The translations under genes and the position numbers were made by a program. Source: Candidatus Methylomirabilia bacterium (GTDB lineage Bacteria; Methylomirabilota; Methylomirabilia; Rokubacteriales; CSP1-6). From it: a DNA stretch of 14,659 nt. The DNA is taken from assembly GCA_041496385.1 (NCBI GenBank), contig JBGQEL010000109.1:1-14659 (forward strand), given 5' to 3'. A model generated the notes under the pieces. The model saw only the letters and a program-made list of their open reading frames with translations, was not told where the DNA came from and searched no databases. The stretch's first letter is position 1. Each line of letters starts with the position of its first letter. Of the stretch, positions 7,205 to 14,659 are shown piece after piece.

Positions 7205-8350
7205 ATGGCGATCGTCGATCAGCTCGCCAAGGCAGCCTGGACGATGCGATGGCTACCCGCGTACGCCTGGCAGACCGCGGTGCGACGCGAGCCTCGGGGG
7301 CCCGTCCACCTCATCGTCTCGGCGGCCGACCACTTCGAGCCGGCGATCGCGCCCGAGGCACCGGGGCGCTACGCGACGAGGGACGTTCAGGAGCAGCGAT
7401 TGGACCGATGGTGCCACGAGTACCCGCGCCTCGTCGACGGGTGGAGGGACTCGGACGGTCACGCGTTCAAGCACACCTATTTCTACCCGGCGGAGCAGTA
7501 TGACAAGGCGCTGATCGACCAGCTGACGGAGCATTGCCAGGGGGGCTGGGGCGAGATCGAGATCCACCTCCACCACGGGATCGAACGGCCCGACACGTCG
7601 GAGGCGACCCGGCGGGCGCTGGTCGACTTCAGGGACGCGCTCGCTTCACGGGGTTGTCTGGCGCGATGGAATGGCGCCGGCCAGCCGCGGTACGCCTTTG
7701 TCCACGGCAACTGGGCGCTCGCGAACTCGGCCGATGGCGCCTGGTGCGGGGTGGACGACGAGATGCAAATCCTGTCCGAAACCGGCTGCTATGCCGACAT
7801 GACGCTGCCGTCGGCGCCGAACCGCGCGCAGACCGCGAGGATCAACAGCCTCTACGAATGCGCGCTGCCGCTCGCGCGGCGCGCGCCCCATCGTCGGGGC
7901 CGCGACCTCCGGCGCGGCCGCGCGCCCGTGACCTTCCCACTGATCGTCCAGGGGCCCCTTGGCCTCAACTTCGACCGGACGATCCGCGGGATTCCGGTTC
8001 CGCGGATCGAGAATTCGGCGCTCACGGGCGCCTATGTCCCATCGCTCAGGCGGCTTTCCCTCTGGCGCCGCGCGGCGGTCACGGTGCTCGGCCGGCCGGA
8101 CTGGGTGTTCATCAAGCTCCACTGCCACGGCATGGATCCGCGTGACGAAGACGCCATGCTCGGGCCATCCATGGCGCGCTTCCTGCGGGAGTTGGCCGAG
8201 CTCAGACGCGCAGACGGTGGCCCGCGTGTGCACTTCGTCACGGCCCGGGAGATGGTCAACATCGCGCTCGCCGCCTGCGACGGCAGAGACGGCGAGCCCG
8301 GAGAATACAGAGACTATCGCCTGCAGCCGATAGGACCCCGGCGTGGATAG
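7205..8350 (+). CDS. Uncharacterised 381-aa protein, possibly a divergent metal-dependent carbohydrate esterase/hydrolase (NodB/CE4-like barrel)
   Basis: Fills the gap between the deacetylase and the exosortase in operon phase. Globular, enzyme-like composition with motifs ADHFEP, KHTYFYP, EIEIHLHH, YAFVHGNW, CYADMTLP, FIKLHCHG. The gene is well supported, but the function is inferred. Confidence 0.75.
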   Translation: MAIVDQLAKAAWTMRWLPAYAWQTAVRREPRGPVHLIVSAADHFEPAIAPEAPGRYATRDVQEQRLDRWCHEYPRLVDGWRDSDGHAFKHTYFYPAEQYDKALIDQLTEHCQGGWGEIEIHLHHGIERPDTSEATRRALVDFRDALASRGCLARWNGAGQPRYAFVHGNWALANSADGAWCGVDDEMQILSETGCYADMTLPSAPNRAQTARINSLYECALPLARRAPHRRGRDLRRGRAPVTFPLIVQGPLGLNFDRTIRGIPVPRIENSALTGAYVPSLRRLSLWRRAAVTVLGRPDWVFIKLHCHGMDPRDEDAMLGPSMARFLRELAELRRADGGPRVHFVTAREMVNIALAACDGRDGEPGEYRDYRLQPIGPRRG

Positions 8351-9884
8351 AAAGGCGCTGGCTGGCCCGAGGGTGTGGGGAGGCCTCGCGGCGGCCATGG
8401 TGGTGCTGCCGGCGGCGTGGCTGTACGCACCGACCGTCCTCCAGATGATCCGGCAATGGGGCGAGGACGAAAATTACTCGCATGGGTACCTCGTACCGGT
8501 CCTCAGCGCCTTTCTCGTCTGGCAGCGCCGGGCCTCCCTGAAGGCCCTGCCCGTGCGCCCGGTCGCGGGAGGGCTCGTGGTCCTCGTCGCCGGTGTCGGC
8601 CTGGCCCTGCTCGGCCACCTCGGTGCCGAGCTCTTCGTGACGCGGATGTCCCTGCTCGTGACGATCGCGGGCTTGGTGCTCTATCTGCTCGGGTGGGAGC
8701 ACCTTCGCCTCCTCGCGTTTCCGATCGCGTACCTCGTCTTCATGATCCCGGTGCCGGCGATCGTCTTCAACGCGATCACCTTTCCTCTGCAGTCGGTGGC
8801 GACGTCGGTCGCCACGTGGATGCTGCAGGGCGTCGGTGTCCCGGTCCTTCGCGAAGGCAACGTGATCTCGCTTCCGCATGCGACGCTCGAGGTCGCGGAG
8901 GCATGCAGTGGCATCCGTTCGCTCGTCACCCTGCTCGCGCTGGGCGCGGCCTACGGCTATTTCACCCAGCGCACGGCGTGGCGGCGGGTCGTGCTCTTCG
9001 TCTCCGCGGTCCCGATCGCGATCGTGGCCAACGCCGTGCGGATCGCGGGGACCGGCTTGCTGGCGCAGTGGTTCGGCGCGCAGGCCGCCGAGGGGTTCTT
9101 CCACACGTTCTCGGGCTGGCTGGTCTTCGCCGCCGCGTTCGTGTTGATGCTGGCGATGGCCGCCGTCCTCGGCCGCATTCCGGCGCGATCGAAGACGGAG
9201 GCGGCGCCCGCCGCCGGCACCGAGACCGGCCGAGCCTGGGCAGGGCCGGGGTGGCGCGGCGTCGCCGTCGCCAGCGGCATCCTGGTCGCCGGGGTCGTGG
9301 CGCTCGGACCCCTCTCCCGGGGGGAGGCCGTGCCGCTCCGCGGCTCGCTGGACGAGTTTCCGCTGCAAATGGGCGAGCTCCGCGGGGTGGACGAGGGCCT
9401 CGAGCCGGCCATCATCGGGAAGCTCGGCGTGACGGAGTTCCTGATGCGCAAGTACACGGCCAGAGGCCGCGCTCCCCTTTGGCTCTACGTCGGCTTTTAC
9501 GAATCTCAGCGCACCGGAGCGCTGATTCACTCACCCAAGAATTGCCTTCCAGGCAACGGCTGGAGCATCGTACGGACGGAGGAGATCGCGTTCGACCCGG
9601 GCGGCCCTTCGGGCGGCCCGGTGCGGGTCAACCGCGTGATCGTGGCCAAGGGCGAGAGCCGGCAGATCGTGCTCTACTGGTACCAGGAACGTGGCCGTGT
9701 GATCGCCAGCGAATACCGGGGCAGGTTCTACATGGTATGGGACTCGATCACGCGTAATCGTACCGATGGTGCGCTCGTGCGAATCTCGGCGCCGGTCGTC
9801 GGGTCGGAGCAGGAGACGCAGCGCGAGATCGTCGGGTTCGCCTCGGAGACCCTTCCGAGGCTGGCGAGGCTGCTGCCGCAATGA
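8343..9884 (+). CDS. xrtA: Exosortase (EpsH/XrtA-type) fused to a C-terminal EpsI domain
   Basis: 513 aa, GTG start overlapping the previous stop by 8 nt. YSHGYLVP, about 8 TM helices, catalytic triad candidates EACSGIRS (Cys), ANAVRI (Arg), FFHTFSGW (His). EpsI motifs LYVGFYESQ, HSPKNCLPGNGW, YWYQ, RTDGALVRI. The exact exosortase subfamily is uncertain. Confidence 0.9.
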   Translation: MDRKALAGPRVWGGLAAAMVVLPAAWLYAPTVLQMIRQWGEDENYSHGYLVPVLSAFLVWQRRASLKALPVRPVAGGLVVLVAGVGLALLGHLGAELFVTRMSLLVTIAGLVLYLLGWEHLRLLAFPIAYLVFMIPVPAIVFNAITFPLQSVATSVATWMLQGVGVPVLREGNVISLPHATLEVAEACSGIRSLVTLLALGAAYGYFTQRTAWRRVVLFVSAVPIAIVANAVRIAGTGLLAQWFGAQAAEGFFHTFSGWLVFAAAFVLMLAMAAVLGRIPARSKTEAAPAAGTETGRAWAGPGWRGVAVASGILVAGVVALGPLSRGEAVPLRGSLDEFPLQMGELRGVDEGLEPAIIGKLGVTEFLMRKYTARGRAPLWLYVGFYESQRTGALIHSPKNCLPGNGWSIVRTEEIAFDPGGPSGGPVRVNRVIVAKGESRQIVLYWYQERGRVIASEYRGRFYMVWDSITRNRTDGALVRISAPVVGSEQETQREIVGFASETLPRLARLLPQ

Positions 9885-11955
9885 GCTTCGCGCTGATCCC
9901 GTCGGGGCTGAGCGCCGTGATGGCGCTGGCGCTCAGCGGTCTGGTGCTGAGGCGTGCCCGCCGACTCGGCAGCTGGGCGTTTGCCTGGGGCATGACGGGC
10001 CTCGGAGCCGCCGAAGTCGTGGTGACGCTGCTCCTGGTCGAGCCCTCGGCGCGCTGGCCCCTCTCGCAGGTCATCTTCACCCTGGACGCCCTCTCGTGGC
10101 CGGCCTGGGCGGTCTTCAGCGTCGTGTTCGCGAGGGCGGACGCCGACGTCGAGCTGCGGCGCTGGCGGTCGATGCTCGTCGCCTTCGGGGTCGTGAGCCT
10201 GACCGCCGCCGCCAGCACGATCGTGTACCCACTCGTGCTCGCACCCCCGTTGCCCTGGCATGAGGCCCTGCCGCTGACTCCGATCGGGAAGGCGGTCGCC
10301 GCGTTCGGCGTGCTCGTCGCGGTGTTCGTGCTGTTCCAGCTCGAATCGACGCTGCGGAACTCGCAAGGCGTCGCCCGGTGGCAGATCAAGTACTTCGTCC
10401 TCGGAGTGATGGGGATCTTCGCGTTCAAGATCTTCATCCTGAGCCAGACACTGCTCGAGGCCCGGTTCGAGATGTCGCTCCTCCCGGCGCAATCCACGGC
10501 ATTCGTGCTCGCCGGTCTCCTGATCGCGTTCGGGATCGTCCGGCGGCGCCTGCTCGACGTCAACGTCTTCGTGTCGCGGCATGTCGTGTACCACTCGCTC
10601 GCCATCGGCACGGTCGGCGCCTATCTGCTGAGCGTCGGCGCCGCCGCCTGGGCGGTTCGCACGCTCGGCATTCCGGTGAACCTGCTCGTGGCCTCGCTGC
10701 TCGTGTTTGGCACGGCGGCGGTGCTCGTCATCGCCCTTCTGTCCGAACGCCTGCGGCATCGCGTCAAGCACTCGATCGCGCGTCACTTCTATTCGCACAA
10801 GTACGACTACCGCGACGAGTGGACGAAGTTCACCGCGAAGATGACCTCCGTCGTCACGCCCGACGCGATCGCGCCGAAGATCATCGCGATGGTGTCCGAG
10901 ACCATGGGGGTCCGGAAGGCGGCGGTGTTCCTCGGAACGGAGGGACGGGAGTATCGACTGGTCGAATGGGTCGGCACGGAGCCGGGCGCCACTATCGCGC
11001 TCCCCGACGCGAGCCCGGCGTTGCTGCGGTCGACGATCGAGAACGAGCCCGTGACGCTCACGGACATCGATCCGGCCGACCCGCTCGAGCCGGTCGCCGC
11101 CCCGCTGCGGCAGGCGGGCTTCACGCATCTCGTGCTGCTCGCGGGTAGCGGGCGGGTCCTCGGTGTCGTCCTCGTCGGGCCTCCGACGGAATCGCCGAGC
11201 CACGAAGACCGCGAGCTGCTCAGCAACATCGCGAGCCAGGCGGCGACGACGCTGCTCAACGCCCGGCTGACCGAACAGCTTGCCCACGCGCGCGAGGTCG
11301 AGGCCATGGGCCGGATCTCGTCGTTCATGCTGCACGATCTGAAGAACTGCGTCTCCATGCTGTCGCTGGTCGTGCACAACGCGGAAACAGCGGCCGACGA
11401 CCCGGAGTTCCGGCAGGATGCGTTTCGGACCGTGGCCGAGAGCGTGCGGACGATGCAGCAGTTGATCGGCAGGCTATCGAACATCCCGAAGAGCCTGGAG
11501 CCTCGGCTGTCGACGGTCGATCTGAGGAGCGTCGTCGAGGACATGGAGCCCTGGATCCGGCGAGTGACGAACGCGCGCATCCGCGTGTCGCTCGACCTCC
11601 GCGCGGTGCCCCCGGTCTACGCCGACCGGGAGCAATGCCGGCGGATCGTCGAGAACCTCGTGATCAACGGTATCGAGGCGATTCCGGCCAACGGAGAGGT
11701 CATCGTGGTGACGCGGCCGCGCGGACAGTCGGCGTGCCTCGAGGTGTCCGACACCGGGGCGGGGATCGCCGAATCCCAGCGCAGCGTCCTCTTCACGCCC
11801 TTCCGGTCGACGAAGCCCCACGGGCTGGGTATCGGCCTCTACCAGGTGAAGTCGATGGTCGAGGCGCACGGCGGTCACATCGAGGTCGAGAGTCGCGTCG
11901 GGCTGGGCACCACGTTCGTCGTCCAGTTCCCCGCCAGCGGCGAGGAGCCCAAGAG

Positions 11956-11959
<4 letters not shown>
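9881..11959 (+). CDS. prsK: PEP-CTERM system sensor histidine kinase
   Basis: 692 aa, ATGA overlap. Multi-TM N-terminus, signature HFYSHKYDYRDEW, GAF-like region, H-box SSFMLHDLKN, N-box NLVINGIEA, G1 VSDTGAGI, F-box LFTPFRSTK, G2 GLGIGLYQ. Confidence 0.92.
11942..11947 (+). promoter_or_regulatory. Shine-Dalgarno (GAGGAG) for the TTG start of prsR, embedded in the prsK 3' end
   Basis: GAGGAG lies 8 nt upstream of TTG 11956. Similar embedded sites precede the starts at 4411 (AGGAG), 5532 (GGAGGT) and 13326 (AGAGGA). Confidence 0.65.
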
Positions 11960-13323
<1,364 letters not shown>

Positions 13324-13325
13324 CC

Positions 13326-14659
13326 ATGCGTCAGCTCCGCAACCTCACGGTCCTCGTCGTGCTGGCGCTGCTGCTGCCCGCCTGCGCGGGGGATCCGAAC
13401 GTCAAGAAACAGCGGTACTACGAACAGGGGGTCAAGTATCTCTCCGGCGGGAAGTACGCCGAGGCGATCATCGAGTTCCGCAACGCGATCCAGATCGACG
13501 CGAAGTTCGTCGAGGCCCATCACCAGCTCGCGCTCAGCTACCGGCGCAAGGGCTGGATCGTCGACGCGCGGTACGAGCTCGAGAAGGCCCTGACGCTGCG
13601 GCCAAAGGATAGCGAGCTGGCCATGGCCCTCGGCGACGTGCTCGTCGAGCTCGGCCTCGCCGACGATGCGCTCAAGACGGTGGCGGTGGCGCTCGAGAGC
13701 GGCGAGCGGAACGCGCGCGCCCGCACCCTGCTCGGGCGCGCCCTCGCGATCAAGGGGGATGCCGCGGGAGCGCTGGAAGCATACCGGACGGCCCTTGCCG
13801 AGGACCCGCGGGTGGCCGAGGCGCACGTCGGCCTGGGCCAGCTCATGCTGCGCGAGGGAAAGCGCCAGGAAGCCGAGCAGGCGTTCCAGACGGCGCTCGG
13901 TCTCAAGCCGAACTCGATCGAAGCGCTGCTGGGTCTCGGGACCATCCGATGGCAGGAGAACCGCCTCGACGAGGCGCGGGCCGACTTCGAGCGCGCGATC
14001 AACACGGACAGTGACGCCGGCCCGCCGCGCATGGCGCTGGCGGGGCTCTATACCGTGCAGGGCAAGACCGACGAGGCCATCCGCGAGCTCGAAATGCTCA
14101 CCACGCGGGTGGCGCACCTCGGCGCCACGCTCCAGCTCGGCGAGCTGTACGTCAGAGCGAACAAGCCGGACAAGGCGGTGCAGCTCCTCATCCCGTTCGT
14201 GAAGCGGTACCCGCGGCTGCCCCAGGGCCACTACCTCCTCGGTATTGCCTACATGGGCACGGATCGGATCGAGCTGGCCTCCGCGTCGTTCGAGGAGGTC
14301 GGGCGCCTGTCCCCGCAGGCGCCGCTCGGGCACTACCTGCTGGGCAAGACCTACCTCCAGCGAGGCATGGGGACTCCCGCCCTCCAGGCGATGCAGACCG
14401 CCGAGCGTCTGGGGCTCAGACTCGCCGACCTCAAGGTCGACATCGCCAACGCCTACCTCCAGACCGCCAGACCCCGCGAGGCGCTGAGCCTCGTGGACGC
14501 CGCGCTCAAGGAAAGCCCCCAGGACGTCCGCCTCCACGGCCTACGCGGCATGGCGCTCATGGCGCTCAACGACTTCGGTCGCGCCCAGGGGGCGTTCCAG
14601 CGCGCGCTGGAGGTGGACCCGACCTCGATCGGCGCGAACCTGGCGCTGGCCAATCTGTA
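13326..14659 (+). CDS. prsT: TPR-repeat lipoprotein, PrsT-like (3'-truncated; missing from the ORF track)
   Basis: ATG 13326 after AGAGGA, and the frame is open to the window end (444 codons). Translation starts MRQLRNLTVLVVLALLLPA-CAGDPNVKKQRYYEQGVKYLSGGKYAEAIIEFRNAIQID, with a signal peptide and lipobox LPAC (Cys20). Repeated TPR motifs (AHVGLG, ALLGLG, and GHYLLG twice exactly 34 aa apart). Its position after prsK-prsR fits PrsT. Confidence 0.82.
   Translation, partial: MRQLRNLTVLVVLALLLPACAGDPNVKKQRYYEQGVKYLSGGKYAEAIIEFRNAIQIDAKFVEAHHQLALSYRRKGWIVDARYELEKALTLRPKDSELAMALGDVLVELGLADDALKTVAVALESGERNARARTLLGRALAIKGDAAGALEAYRTALAEDPRVAEAHVGLGQLMLREGKRQEAEQAFQTALGLKPNSIEALLGLGTIRWQENRLDEARADFERAINTDSDAGPPRMALAGLYTVQGKTDEAIRELEMLTTRVAHLGATLQLGELYVRANKPDKAVQLLIPFVKRYPRLPQGHYLLGIAYMGTDRIELASASFEEVGRLSPQAPLGHYLLGKTYLQRGMGTPALQAMQTAERLGLRLADLKVDIANAYLQTARPREALSLVDAALKESPQDVRLHGLRGMALMALNDFGRAQGAFQRALEVDPTSIGANLALANL

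Noticed and set aside
710..9757. Long alternative-frame + strand ORFs (710..2278, 3367..4179, 7534..8145, 8375..9757)
   Set aside because: Arg/Gly/Pro/Ala-rich off-frame translations that overlap real genes, caused by stop-codon scarcity in GC-rich DNA.
14226..14345. Near-repeat GGCCACTACCTCCTCGGT / GGGCACTACCTGCTGGGC as a DNA repeat or CRISPR element
   Set aside because: The 102-nt spacing equals one 34-aa TPR unit, so protein repeat structure explains it.

Overview
A very GC-rich (about 70% by eye), fully coding window with 11 co-oriented (+ strand) genes that overlap or sit no more than 6 nt apart. It is an internal part of one long operon and both ends are truncated. It is an exopolysaccharide/PEP-CTERM (exosortase) locus. 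The left half is a glycan-building and tailoring cassette: a GT4 glycosyltransferase fused to a D-glucuronyl C5-epimerase-like domain, an AsnB-type amidotransferase, a TuaH-like GT, a GT2, a stand-alone formyltransferase, a PEP-CTERM-type polysaccharide deacetylase and an unannotated 381-aa protein with CE4/NodB-like metal motifs. The right half is an exosortase-EpsI fusion followed by prsK, prsR and a PrsT-like TPR lipoprotein that the ORF track misses. The most notable observations are the GT4/C5-epimerase fusion, the deacetylase + formyltransferase + epimerase + amidotransferase combination (possibly making an iduronate-containing, N-formylated, amidated glycan), a Val replacing the glutaminase oxyanion-hole Asn in the AsnB homologue, and the possible divergent second deacetylase. 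I saw no RNA genes, CRISPR arrays or mobile elements. All family calls come from motif recognition by eye, not database searches.
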